Assembly: GCF_001194135.2 (NCBI RefSeq)
Contig: NC_068984.1
Coordinates: 59,613,977 to 59,677,976, forward strand
From: Octopus bimaculoides
Taxonomy: Eukaryota
DNA: 64,000 nt
Reading direction: 5' to 3'
The notes under the pieces: model-generated
The model's database searches: none
What the model saw: the letters and a program-made list of their open reading frames with translations, nothing else
Told to the model about the DNA's origin: nothing
Position numbers and translations under genes: made by a program
Shown: positions 49,968-63,555 of the stretch, piece after piece
Position numbering within the stretch: the stretch's first letter is position 1
Layout: each line of letters begins with the position of its first letter

Positions 49968-52900
49968 GAACAAGCTAGATAATGAAGAGTCACTAACAAA
50001 ATTTTTGAGAATATATAGAATAATGCCAAATCCAAATATTAATTCAGGAAAGTCACCAGCAGAGTTAATGTTCACACATAAAATAAAATCGATTTTCAAT
50101 AAATTATTGCCAGGAAAAATACATATAAAGGAAAGACAAAAAATACATTTGAAAGAAATACAAGAAATATTACAAAGCATTTCAAAGTAGGAGATAAAGT
50201 TCATTTTAAAAATTACAAAAATGGTAAAGAAGGTTGGTTGGGAGGATGGCTTGTAGTCAAAAGATTAGATAACATGATGTATTTAATTAAAGGACAACAT
50301 CCAGGACATAAGAGACACCTTAACCAGTTAAAGATTAGACATACAGAAGAACGAAGAATAATATGATATGTTTGAAGAGCCAGCACTGAGTGATATTGAA
50401 CGCTGTAGAATTAGCTTCAGAAAATGAAAATAGACTGAATATCTGGAAGTAATACCTAAACAAAAAAGATATTAAATTTTCAAAAAAAGAAAAGAAAAAA
50501 ACCCAACAAGAATGCTAACAAGAGTGCTTAGTATAACAAAAAGAAAAAGTGGTGTGTGCAACAAGCAATACTACCTTAAAAGTCGGGTAACAATTATGAT
50601 ACAACAGCTACAAAAGAGGGAGAGATGTTGGAAGAAAAAAGGAAAAGGAAAAATTCCACTTTCTCACAGTAGTTGAAATCTCAAAAGGGGAGATGTGATG
50701 AGAGTTATGACACCCCTTTGTGAGAGATAGATTGGTCCGAGTAAAGTATAAATAGTAACAATCCAAGTGAGCTCAGAAGTTCAGAGTTCATAGTCAAGTG
50801 AAGCTTGTGTTAGTTCGCAGTGAAGTCGGAAGGTGTTGGTTGGTTAGTTCGCAAGGAATATTGATTGTTGGTTCGTAAGAGATTTGTTAGTTTGTTACAT
50901 TGTTTTTACTGTTGTTTGGTTATTTTATTTATTGTACTTAACAAATTACATTACGACAGTACACTAAAAATTCTGTATTGAAATTTACCTCCAAGCTGGA
51001 GAAAGTAAAGAAAAACCTAGTGACAACCATTAAAAAGTTAATCCTTTTATTCTTTTATTTGTTTCAGTTATTGGATTGTGGCCATGCTGTAGCATTGCCT
51101 TGAAAGATTTAGTCGAGTAAATCGACCTCAGTACATATTTTCAAAATCTAATACTTATTCTATTGGTTTCCTTTTGTTGACTGCTAAGTTACAGGAATGT
51201 AAACAAAACAACACCAGTGAAACACAAACAATACACACACAAACACATGCAAATGGCTTCTGCACAGTTTCTGTCCTCCAAATTCATGCTCAGGATATTG
51301 GTTAGACCAGCGCTATAGAAGAAGACACTTTCCCAAGGTGCCATAGAGTGAGACTGAACTCGAAGCGATGTGGTTTCAAAGCAAACTTCTCAACTACACA
51401 GCCATGCCTGTGCCTATAACTCTTCTTGAAATTATCTCCCCTTTTTCTCCTGTGAGTCACTCACAATTGCTACTAGGGTTTTTGTTTTATTACTCAGACT
51501 AAAACGGAAATTTCAATTAAGAATTTTTTTCTTGTATATGTATGGCATCCAGAATATAACCTTAACTTACATAATAAATACTGATTTCAAATTTTGGCAC
51601 AATGCCGGCAATTTAGGGTGAGGGGTAAGTCGATTACTTATTTCACCAACCCTGGTACTTGTTTTATTGACCCTAAAATCCTGAAAGGATGAAAGCAAAG
51701 TTGACCTTGACAGAATTTGAACTCAGAACATAAAGACGGATGAAATGCCACTAAGCATTTTGCTTGGCATGCTAATGATTCTGCCAGCTCACTGCCTTAC
51801 CTACATAATAAATATTAACACTTTATCTTCTCTAAGTTAAACTGAATATGTAAGATATATTTATTTACTATTTATATATTTATATTGCTAAGTTTTTTTT
51901 TTTTAAGGGAAGTAGAAGATACAGGAGAGGTAGACAGAAAATCAATGATAATAATTTCTTATATAGACTCAGGACCAGAAAATTTGGATTAGGAGAGGAA
52001 GAGATAAATCAGTTATACTGACTGTTGCACTTGATTGGTACTTTATTTATCAACCTGAGAAAATGTCAGGCAAAGTTGACTTCAAAGTGATTTGAACTTA
52101 GAACATAAAGGGTCATAGTTAAATACTGAAAGGTATTTTGTTTGATACTTCAACAATTCTACCAATCTATCAAAAATAAGTAGGAAATGTAATTGACTAG
52201 TTCTCTCCCATTAAATTTCAGGCCTTATGCCTATAGTTGAAAAGATTACTATAATTATAATTGATGAGTAATTTCTTGTTTTTTCCCACTTCATCTTATC
52301 ACAAAGACAGCACAGAACAACTACTACTACTACTAGAAGGAAAAACAATAATGCCCCTTCCACACACATATGTACCAAAAAAATCAAGACATGAATCTTT
52401 TCCACCTGTGAGAAATTAGAAACTAAAAAAATTGTTTGAAGTGGTTGGTGGGTTTGAAGATGGTTGAACAGGAAGCTGTTGGAATTCTTGAGTTTTAATT
52501 TCATTATGATCATTTCTTTTCTACAAGTAAAGCATGTGTCATTAACATATAATATTGGTATTTTAAAGTATACTGATGCTCTCGGTAAAGACATATACAT
52601 TTCGTGTTACTTCTTTGGTTCACGATTTGATACTTATGCCTGCATATTTACTTTTTGATCAAGCAGACCTATGATCAACGGTGTTTAAGCCATGTCTGTT
52701 TCAGTCTATTTCATGATAGTATGGTGTGATGAAGGGGGTTCAGCTGCTGTTTTAGCATATCAAGCAACAACATAGAGGCTTCCTCTTAGTCAATCAATCA
52801 TCAGAATTTTATTGTGTCATATATGTCGTTGTGGTGCTTTAGTCAAAGGCGAGGCCCAATTAAAAAGGCCTATGATTAAAGACACTCAAGTGTGACCATC

Positions 52901-54490
52901 CAGTAGTTTTATTTTTCAAACATAACACCTAAGAATCTAATATGCTTTTGTTGTTTTTTTAGATGCTAGAGTGTGATAGAAGGGAGAAATGGTTGAACTC
53001 TCAGAAATTCTTTTATTGGCTTGAATGTGAAAATAGTGGTACAGGAATTTAGATATTCTATGTTTATCATATTCTGTCTTCTAATATTTTCAGAACTGGT
53101 TAAATTACTGATATAAATGATATATAAGACAAATTCAATCAATTATAGCCTCTCTACTTAAACTGAATTTGTCAATATGTTTTGCTTCCTTTCTTAACAT
53201 GGCAGAGAAGTGGGAAGATATTTGGCAGCTAATTTTAGAAGAGTGAATAACTGTGAAGAGACTCCTTTGTAATCTTGGGTAGTAACAGCTCACAGCTACA
53301 AAAAGAAAAACAAAAACAGAAGCAGTATATAATTAAAAGGTGCTTCATTAACTTGCAGTATTGGTTTTCAGTCCTACTATGGGCCTAAGGAAACATTACA
53401 GAATGTTCTCACTGTAGGACTCAAACCTATAATCAACATACTGGGTCTACAGAACAGACTGGTCAGTGGAGATGATATAACATTTTCATATCACTACACT
53501 GAGTCTCATTCAACAAACCATTGCATATTAGAGCTGGTAGTGTGGTCCTCAACTAGATGGACTACTGAATCTGTGGATTGCACAACTGAAACCTATATGC
53601 CATAGGCCTGTGCATTCAAGGTTGACTAGGAAAACACATCAATAACTATCTGTCTACTATGAAAATAGATTTGTACTTAAGCAAAGTATGTAATTATTGA
53701 ACAATCTCTAACTTTTTTATTTCCATTAATATTGCTTTCATTGATAGATTTTTACTTCACTGTTCTTATAATCAGCCATCTCAATGCATACAACATATTT
53801 ACAATATAGGTGTGTATGTAAGTATGCAAACATACTCAAACAGACACATTTGATATTCTATATTTGCAGTCCTTTGGATTAAGTATATCACTCCTAGTTA
53901 ATGGTTTCTCATAGATTTTTTTGGTTCCAGTGAGACAATTTTAGTGCAACATTCACTGCAAAACTAAGAAAACACTTCAACTATAAGTTTTTATAATACA
54001 ACATAAGGGTATTCAACATACTTATTCTAGATGTATCTATAACTATAAAGATAAATATTTTCACAAAACCACAGGGGCTCATTAGTGTGGTGCATAGCTC
54101 TTGAATTCTATAGCATTAAACAGATCGGAGAATGAGAAAATAAATATCCTTTTACACAAGACAGCAGTATTCTACTGCAGCATACGAACTACTATACCCT
54201 ATACAGCACATAGGACAACAGTGAGTACAACAGTATACTATTACTGTAAGTAATATTCCTTGTAAATCTTGTACCTATTTCACAAACCTGAAGGTGATGC
54301 ATTATGCAAAATTTAGTGTCCTGCCCAGGGACACAATAAAATATCAGAAATAGTTATGAAAGTGCCAGATTTAGTCAGCTACTTTATCTTTAAAACCTCT
54401 AATTAACACATATTATAATCTACAGGAAGATGAAAGGCAGAATTAATCATAGCCATAGTTCAAACTAGCTTTGAAGTAGTAGTAGTAGTA

Positions 54491-54522
<32 letters not shown>

Positions 54523-56664
54523 CTATTAATTGAGATATCTTAATAAGATATGATGAAGTACTACAAAATATAAGTATATGAGTCTCTGCCATTTTCAATG
54601 ATGAGTATACACTTGTTTGCTTGACTGAATTAATTGTTCATTAGTTTAGTGTGTCAGTGGTTGAGTAACTCACTGCTATATGTACCCTTAACATAATTCT
54701 TAGGTACAGTGCAATTTATGTTACAAAGTTGTACTATTGAATTACAAGTACAATCCATCTGATAGGCTTCCGCATAGTATCCCTCACCCAATTTCGCTCT
54801 CAAGACTTTGGTTGGCCCAGGCCATGTTAAAAGACACTCACCCAAAATTCTATACAGAAGTATTGAACCCAAGACATCTTAATTGTGAAGTGAATTTCTG
54901 AACCATTTGGTCATGCTATGTCCACAATGATGCACTATCTTAATAATAGTGCACTGAATTCGCTGGGTTCTGATTATAGATAACAATTCACAAAAATAAA
55001 TTTACATTCTCTGTGTATGTGAAATATTTCTACTTTAAGGAAACTAGTTCCTTTGTATGTTAAATTCATGAGAAAAGACTGTTAACCGTGGGTAGGTGCT
55101 ACAACTTGTTGTTAAACATCAGAAGCACTGTTTAATTGAACAACTATTTCAGAATTTGAATTTTGTTAACTTGAGTCTATAATCACCATATCAAGTATAT
55201 AGGAACAGAATGGACAATGAAAAAGATAATGTAGTAAGTCCAAGATCTTTATACTGAATCTTACACCATAAACCACTGCACATCAGGAGTCAGCAGTATG
55301 GTCTTCAACTAAGTGGATTATGGAATCTGTGCAAATCAGGGCTGACAATGGATACTACCACAATCTATTGTGTTGTAATATTTACTACAAAATAGATTTG
55401 TGTTTGAACAACATATGTAATTATTGGAAAATCCCCAATTTTTTTTTCATTTCTCTCTAATGTTGCTTTCATTGATAATTTCAGTAATTAAGAATGAGAT
55501 TTTTCATAGTGCTCAAGTTTATTGATATTTTAATTCTTAAACTTCTTTTATGATCCAGGATCATAGGAGGCCAAATCATAAAGATATCAGACAATCTGCT
55601 GAAAGTTCAGTTAGGCTTGTATCTCAACATTGTACTGTGCCATCACTGCATTGAATCCATGTCCAATACATTTAACTATCAATGGCTCAACTCAACCAAA
55701 GGGGAAATTACTATAAAATGAGGAGCAGCACTCTATAATTAACAAGTGTTCCATCAGCTTGCAGTGATCAGTCTGTTGTTAGATGATCAAGTCACTTACT
55801 TGACATTTTATGATGACAAACTCTCAACTCTCTTAACTTACAGGAAAGACTAATAGAATAACACTGTGGGAGCTTCTACACAGTTACTCAACCTGCAACA
55901 AAACGGAGCCAATTTTCCTTCAAATAGCATCTGTAATACAACTATTCACTGTAGACCTATGTATAATATACTAGGGTCAAAAAGCTGAATAGTCAAGGCT
56001 GCAGTTGCTTTGATCTTAAGTCTGTTCAATCAGGACTAGCCTGGGGCTAAACAAAAATAACTCATCTTTTCTGGTCACATCCACTGAAGGGGTTGAGCTC
56101 AACATAAACCAGTGAAGCACTTATCAATTTTTACAGTGGTGCCACTGCTAACATCAAAGACTTATTACCATCCAAGAGTGCATATTTAGAGTTAGGTAAA
56201 TTGCACCATTTAAGAATTAACTGTCTTGGTCACAGACACAATAGTACTAGGATATAAACTCAAGTCTTTTCAACTAGTTTATGGCACTTTGTTAGTGTGG
56301 CCATCAATGCTTTTACAACACAGTTAAGCTAAGCTAAATGCATTATCTACTCACTCTTTTTGAATACACAGCTATAAGCAGTAAAATAAATGTAATAAAA
56401 AAATGTTAAAAAGGAGAATAAATTGTTTTGTTGTGTTTAAGAGGACTAGTCTAATGTTTCAAGTGGTACCGTTCATTTGAAAAAGGATTCTACTTAAAAA
56501 TTTAAACTTTTATTCTTCATCACAGCAAACCAATTTATTCCATTTTATACTGTTTATAACTATTAATTGTAAATGTAGAACATCAATAGTTTCCTTGGAT
56601 CCCACTGTTTACTTATTCATACAATAGTGCAAAATTCACTTTCCATTTTAAAACTGACTTCTTC

Positions 56665-56886
56665 AGCCATCAAATTTGACTGCTCACATGTTTTTCCCCC
56701 TTAAGAGTTATCTTAAAGAAAGAGCTGATGTAAACAAACCCCAAACACTCCAGAGACTGGAGAATTATATTCAACAAGAAATTAGAGCACTGAAGTCAGA
56801 TACATTACAAACTCTATTGCAAAACTACCAAGAAAGTTTGACCCCGTGAAGTTGAAAATGGGAAATATTTGCAACATGTTATATAA
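56665..56886 (+). mobile_element. Tc1/mariner-superfamily transposase C-terminal relic
   Basis: Translation SYLKERADVNKPQTLQRLENYIQQEIRALKSDTLQTLLQNY, then after a frameshift ENGKYLQHVI. This resembles the GYLKxRVYxNKPxTLxxLK...NGxHL tail of these transposases. Confidence 0.55.
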
Positions 56887-58027
56887 CTTTTACAGCTACA
56901 CTGCATAATGGCTAGTACAGTTAAATGTTCTAGATATTGTTTTTAATGCTTAAAATGAACACAAGATAATACAATGGATCGAAATTTCAATTCAATGGAA
57001 GTGAAAAGGTATTCAAGAACTAAAATCAAGAAAGATGAAATCTGAAATTGTGATTCAAACTTAAAATGAAAATCAATTTTAAGCAATAAAATTTTTAAAA
57101 AATCATTTTTAAAAATTGAAACTTTGAATTTAAATATCAATTTTTAAACAATGTTTTTAATCTATTCTTTTTTTCATTTCATTTATGAAAACATTTTATT
57201 CTTATCAGGTATTTCAAACAAAAGCTCAATTTGCTTTATTTTACTTTTATTAAATATGAACTAAAAAAAAAATTACTGAATTAAATTTGTGATTTCAGGT
57301 CTATGTAATACATAAAAGTTGATGAAATGGAATTAACTAATATGAAATCATTTTGCAAATATTCAGTTAAACAAAATAGTTAAAGAGAGCAATAGATTAA
57401 TTACTACATGACTGCATTTATTAACTGATATTTATTTCAATGTGATGATAAAAATTAAGAAAAAAAAAAACAAAGAAAAAAACTATCATTTGGTCTCTTT
57501 CTCTTGAATGTTTATAAATTGGTTGCAATTAGGCTATATTTAATAATAATGAGAAAAACAGAGACACAAAAAGAGAGAAGAGAATTGACAGACTGTATAC
57601 AAATACTATATTGATTTTAGCAAAATCTACTGCAGTGTTTCGAATTAGCAATTATTACAGGTCAATACAAAGAGTGGAGAATAACAAATAGTTGAAGAGT
57701 GAATGGAAATGTTTGTTGGATTGTTAAATCAATAAGGAATAGAGAAAGGGAAAAGGAAAAGATAAATGGAACACAGCGATTAAATAGAACAAGTGGCAAA
57801 GATAGAATGAAATAAACTTCAGCATAATATCAAAATAATCTATTTAGAAGACTGTTTTCTGAACAGAGAATTACATGTTGAAATAGTATGTATCTCTCAG
57901 TGTGTATCTATATATCTTTTTTTTTTTTTTTGGAGACTGGTTTCAGTCATTTGACTGTAACCATGATAGTGCACCAACTTCAGAAGGTTTTCATCAGTTA
58001 CATCAATCCCAATACTTAATACAGTCC

Positions 58028-58281
58028 TCATTACTGTATTTATTTTGAGATGCTCTGTGTTTCTTTCAATTACTTTAAATATACAGTGTTAGGAACATAA
58101 ACTGTGACTAAGGTTTGGTGGAAGATTTTAATTCAAAACTTATGAAAACAAGACATTTGTACTCAGAACCAGAGCCGGTTTCAGCCAGGTTGGTAATGAA
58201 AGGGCTAAAGCACTTGACAGTGTAGGTAACTTGAAAGAAATACAGAGCATCTCAAAATAAATACAGTAATGAAAGGGTTAA
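58028..58281. mobile_element. piggyBac-like MITE
   Basis: ~46-bp inverted ends (TCATTACTGTATTTATTTTGAGATGCTCTGTGTTTCTTTCAA and its reverse complement). The right end GTAATGAAAGGGTTAA has the CCC/TTAA signature. Confidence 0.6.
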
Positions 58282-58676
58282 AGGTGTGAAACCAATGGTC
58301 CCTCTATGACTGGCCATAACTTTTAACTATGATAGTTGGACATTTATTATCCTTATGATAATCAACATTATAACAATTTTTCCCATTTCTCGAAGCATCA
58401 AACTAATAATTTCAATCATGAACTTATCCTGTTTTTATTCATTTATTTATTGTTAGGGGTTCTTTGCCATGTGTGTGTGCAGTGAGTGAAGTAACATGCA
58501 CATGAATCTAAGCTATGATTAAGGATGCTCCTCAAAATCTTTCATCAACAATCCTGGTTCAACCATATATCATTGATACTCCAGATCATTGTGAGTCAAT
58601 GTACTTGCTTTCTTCTCTAACGAACCAGTTACCACTTTTGAAATATACCAAAATAAAATTAATTTATGTCACTTAC

Positions 58677-58756
58677 AGCACAGAACAAATTGTGAAGAAA
58701 ATGGCCTTGAACTCCTGCTCAAATAGCTCAGCTTGCTTTATCATGAGTGTTTCTAG
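58677..58756 (-). other. candidate exon of unknown gene or UTR
   Basis: caatttag|CTA GAA ACA...GTG CT|gtaagt. Reads LETLMIKQAELFEQEFKAIFFTICSV. No recognised homology. Confidence 0.25.
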
Positions 58757-61700
58757 CTAAATTGAATATTGTGTCAGCTATCATGTTACCCAATTATGTT
58801 GATAGATAATTAATTTAAACCAACAGATAAATCTAAAATACACAAGCTAAGTAATTAAAGGATGTTATGTAATCTATGTTAAGTGGATAATCCCCATTAA
58901 CTTGAAGGATAATAATGCATGGAACATCTTACCATTTTTTTTTTCCTTTTTGTTATTCAATGTTTCATGTTGAGTGAACAGAATTAAGAATTCAATAAGA
59001 AAAAAATCTCAGTTAACATCAAAAACTTTTGATTTAACTCAGTTTTGGATACACTGATTTGACCAAACAATAAACCAATGTAATAATGAACCCTATCTAC
59101 ATGGTTGATTGCCTCGCTAGAAATAGCACCTTATACTATGTAGTCATAGATAAATAAGGAAAGGAAAGAGAGGAAACACTTTTGATCATAGATTTGTTTA
59201 ATTAGAGCTGACCTGGCTTTTAAACTCTAATGACAACAAAAGCAACTAATGAAATCATGTATTTGATGTACTTATGTGTTATGTAAGGAGATAAGCAAAC
59301 AATTAGTGAAGCATTTAGAGTAAAGACTGAATTGAAATACAAAACTGAAAGACATCCAAACATTAGTCATTGTTTTCTTGTTGGCAAACACTATTGTTTT
59401 GGCTGTCTGGTCAGACTATGTACTTCACTCTTTTGGTTAGTTTGGCTACATGATATTTTATAGGTCAATATGAAGAGTTAAAAAAACAAGAAAACCACAA
59501 CAATACAAATAAACAGCAGTAATCCAATCTTCTTAGTGAGATAATTAAAAAATAGACACTGCATAATGACTGTAGATTACATATATTGTGAGATACAACA
59601 TACACACATTTGTTTTGGAAAGGAAGTTCATAAATTCTGATTTAAAAATATAGACAAACATTATTCATAAATTAAAACTAATTACATCAGTCTGTACGTG
59701 TGTATGTATACATAATACAAGCAGAGAAAGGCGGTCAGGCAGACACAACAACAGATTAAAAAGGTAGACATAAGAACAATGTGAAATTCAGCAACAAACC
59801 AACATACACACACAATCTGCAAGTTGCTATCCAACCATGAACAAACTAATTCAAACACACTCTCTCATCAAGAACTTTAGTATGTTATAAAAACCAAAAA
59901 TAGATTATAGAATATCTTATCAATGATTGTATTCATCACTTTTAGCACTGAACAATGTATCAGAGTAAGAGATAGGTGCTTTCACTTCTCTCAAATACAT
60001 GTCTACATGAAAGAATGCTTGTATCTTTGTACTTGTCGATCAAAGCTCCAACCAAAAGCCTATAACCAACGGATGGCTTCTCATAGTGTTTTGATCAAGG
60101 CTGTAATGTTATTATAGTTGAAATTAGATACGACTGGATAATTGATTGGTTTCATATTTAAATAGGGTTAGTTTTCAAAATAACAGAATTAATGTGTATT
60201 CAATAATGAAAAGCATTAATTTGTATTGATTCAGAATCAGAAAATTTATAAGGCTATTGTTTCAATTTGTTAGGAATGAAAATGTAATTATACAATTCAT
60301 ATACAAATTAAATATCTTTTATATATTTTACTTGTTTCAGTCATTAGACTGAGGCCATACTGGAGCACTGCCTTGAAAGGTTTTAAGTCAAACAAATTAC
60401 ACCCAGTACTTATTTTTTAAAGTCTGGTACTTATTCTATCAGTCACTATTGATAAACCTCTGTTATGGGGATGTAAACAAACCAACACCAGTTGTCAAGT
60501 AGTGGGGAGTGCACAGACAAACATACACACATATGCACAATAAGTTTCCATCTACCAAATTCACTTACATGACATTAGTCAGCCTGGTGTTACAGTTAAA
60601 GAACTATTACATTTCTACAAGTCATACATACCACATACTCCTATAGGGAACTTCCTTGTATCTTCTGGCATGAAACAATGTATGGCTTATCGCAATATAT
60701 GTCTCTTTTAAATTATTTAAAGGATTATATCAGAAACTTTTTTTTATTACAACAGGAAGCAATAGCATTCCCAAGAAAATCAATAATAGCAACAGCGTTA
60801 ATTTAATAAACAATTTTGAATAAAGCAAGAATCTTTGCAGGATTAACTAAACCCTATTGTGTGCCATCCAACCCATGCCATCATGGAAAGTGGATGTGAA
60901 ATAATGGTATTCTACAGCACACATGCAGGCAGGAGTTTTGTTTCGGGCTAATACCTTACTTAAATTTAAGGTGGTAGTTGTTTTTATTGTTTAATCTCAA
61001 GTCAGCTTTGATCAGACTCAAGAGTCAAGTCATACTGGCCATGACCAGCCTGTCTTACTATGGTTAATTAGTACATAATTATTCATTATCATCATTTAAC
61101 TTCCAAGTTCAATGCTGTCACAAGTTGGACAGTTTGATGGAAATTGATGGGCCAAAGGATTGTGTCCTATTCCAGAGTCTTTTTGGCATACTTTCTACAG
61201 CTGGATATCCTTCCTAATGCCAATCACTTTACAGTGTGTAGTGGGTGCCTTTTTTGTATCATCAACACTAGAGAGGTTATAAAGAGAAGAGAAGGATACA
61301 ATCTAAGAGAAAAGGGCCAGAGCAAGCAAGTTTCTTGCTAAAGAAATTGGTGATGAGGTGTCAGAGTGAATCTTCAAGGTACTACAAAGTGAGTAGGAAT
61401 ACTCAGTTTTGAATAATCAACTGACAACAATATCAGCATTATAGCAATATCTCTAGCCACATGAACTTGACCAGAGAGGAAGATGCCTGTCTTTGACCCT
61501 TTCTAATGAGTTCACCACACCACTTCTTTTGCCATAGTCACTAAACAGAGAAAAACTGATTGCCCTTCCTTATCAACAATAATGGCAGTGACAAGAACAA
61601 TTTTTAATATTGGCACAAAGACTCAAATGTGTGGATAGATGTACATAATTGGCACTTATTATGTAAACCTTGAAATATGAAACCAAAGTACCTCTTAGCA

Positions 61701-63176
61701 ACAACTGAACTCTGGAAATTGAAAGTTATGAAATACATATGCAAATCATTTTGTATGTCATTATATCAATTCTGTTAATTCAAGGCTCTTTTATTGAAAA
61801 TAATAATAATTACACAAACCAATTACATTTTTATAGCTTTATTTTTTTTCTGTTATAAATTAGTCAAATGTTTTTCTAAAACTTTCTAAAGCAACAACTG
61901 CTAGTCACATTTTGTTACCGGTTTTATTATTCTATTTAATTTATACCATGAATAGGTTATAGATAGACAGTAGGCAATAGTATATCTATAACCTTCCTAC
62001 TAACTGTTTTGATATAGGCAGTCCTGGTGGAGCAGATACATGATCAAAGTCACTACAGCCATGATCAATCCTTCTTTTTGAATAATTACAAAACTACATT
62101 GTTTAATGTGTCTTTTCATTTGAAATAGTAAGGTGAGAGTTAATGGAAATTTGACTGCTATTTCTAGCAAATTGAAAAGTTGAGGCTCATTCATTGGCTC
62201 ATCCTATTTAATTTGCTTGAACAATGCAGTGGAGAGAAGTTGGGACTGATGGAGAACAAAGAACAAAGCAGAACATAAGATCTGAAGAATATTATATGTG
62301 AGTGTTCCATTGAAACTGCATTACTAAACCAGCATTTTATGACATCTCTCATATAACAGAATGGTCGATTTTCTAAAGTATGACAGCTCCCCTCAACTAC
62401 CACTGCAACCCATCCACTCAATGAATTCTCCCAAAACACATAAACTTAATGTATTTTGCTAAGCTCAAAGTGTCGATATATTTGATCAATAGCAGAGATA
62501 AATGGATACAAGCAACAAAAATGAAAGTAAATATAAAATATTTAATCTGACTGATCTTTTTAATAATAAATATCTGTTTGATATTTTCTTCCATGTAATA
62601 TTAGAGTGTTGGCAAATATGCCATGAATGGAAATGTAACTGTCTTTAACACACCTAAACAGCACAACAGCGATTGCAATCACCATATATATATAAAACAC
62701 ACACACAGTTAAAAGCATTAAAACATAACATTGTCAAAACACTACTTTCTAAAATAGTTTGATAGTCTTATTAAAATGCAACAACAGAGTTAAAAAAATT
62801 CAGTGGGGAGGTCACAGTAGAATATGACATGGTTGTGATATGGCATATTTTTGTATTGATGTTATATTTCATTGCATACAAACAAAATCATATGCTTTTA
62901 TAATATAAAACATTTTATAGTTTCAATTACTAAACAAAGCATAATTATACATTTACTTAAAGTACCTAGAAGTGGTTTATGTTGTTAAACACATGAAGTT
63001 TGAGGTACATCTAAATTTATTTAATGAAAGCATTTATTCACTGAAATTGCTCCAAAACTAATTAGAAATGAGTTGAAGTTAATGACTATATTTATGTGAA
63101 CTAAATATGTGGAAAGAATGAATTTCAAATATACACATATACACAAATATACACAGAAAAAGATGAGTATATATAC

Positions 63177-63228
63177 CTTATGGTAACCTTCCAAGACATC
63201 TAGAGGTCTCTAGAACTCGCTTCTGCAG
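63177..63228 (-). other. candidate exon of unknown gene or UTR
   Basis: ttttctttttccacaccag|CTG CAG AAG...CCA TAA G|gtatat. Reads LQKRVLETSRCLGRLP*. Confidence 0.2.
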
Positions 63229-63399
63229 CTGGTGTGGAAAAAGAAAACTTTATTATAAATAGCAATAAGCCATGAGAGTTTGAATATAAAGCAACTGGAA
63301 CATAAAAAGATAACAAAACTAGTAAATTTGAAGAGACCTATTGAGTCAAGTAAAATCAAAAATCAAAATCAGAATCTCAATCAAATCAAAATGGAAATT

Positions 63400-63555
63400 G
63401 TAGTTGTGGCCAATGCCAGTGCCACCTGACTGGCTCCTGTGCTAATAGCACGCAATAAGCAGTATTCATGCATGGGTCATTGCCAGTGCCGCCTGACTGG
63501 CTCCCCGTGCTGGTGACACATAAAAAGGACCATCTGAACGTGGTCGATGCCAGCA
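63400..63555 (+). repeat. fragment of the 66-bp LINE-tail unit (about 2 copies)
   Basis: gccagtgcc(a/g)cctgactggctcc..gtgct occurs twice. Same unit as at 33050-33290. Confidence 0.7.

Larger units (their letters stand above)
47719..50958 (+). mobile_element. Ty3/gypsy LTR retrotransposon, decayed, RT/RNaseH deleted
   Basis: 5' LTR 47719/47722-47960 and 3' LTR 50694-50958 (TG...CA), PBS-like TGGCAATGAGG at 47963, PPT AAAAGGGGAGA before the 3' LTR, and GTACA on both flanks. It carries gag zinc knuckles (CYGC..HFRKDC, CYSCNRIGH), protease LQLDTGSDISII and integrase WSRIHIDYTGP...LFARYGVPDILVSDNG. Confidence 0.93.
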
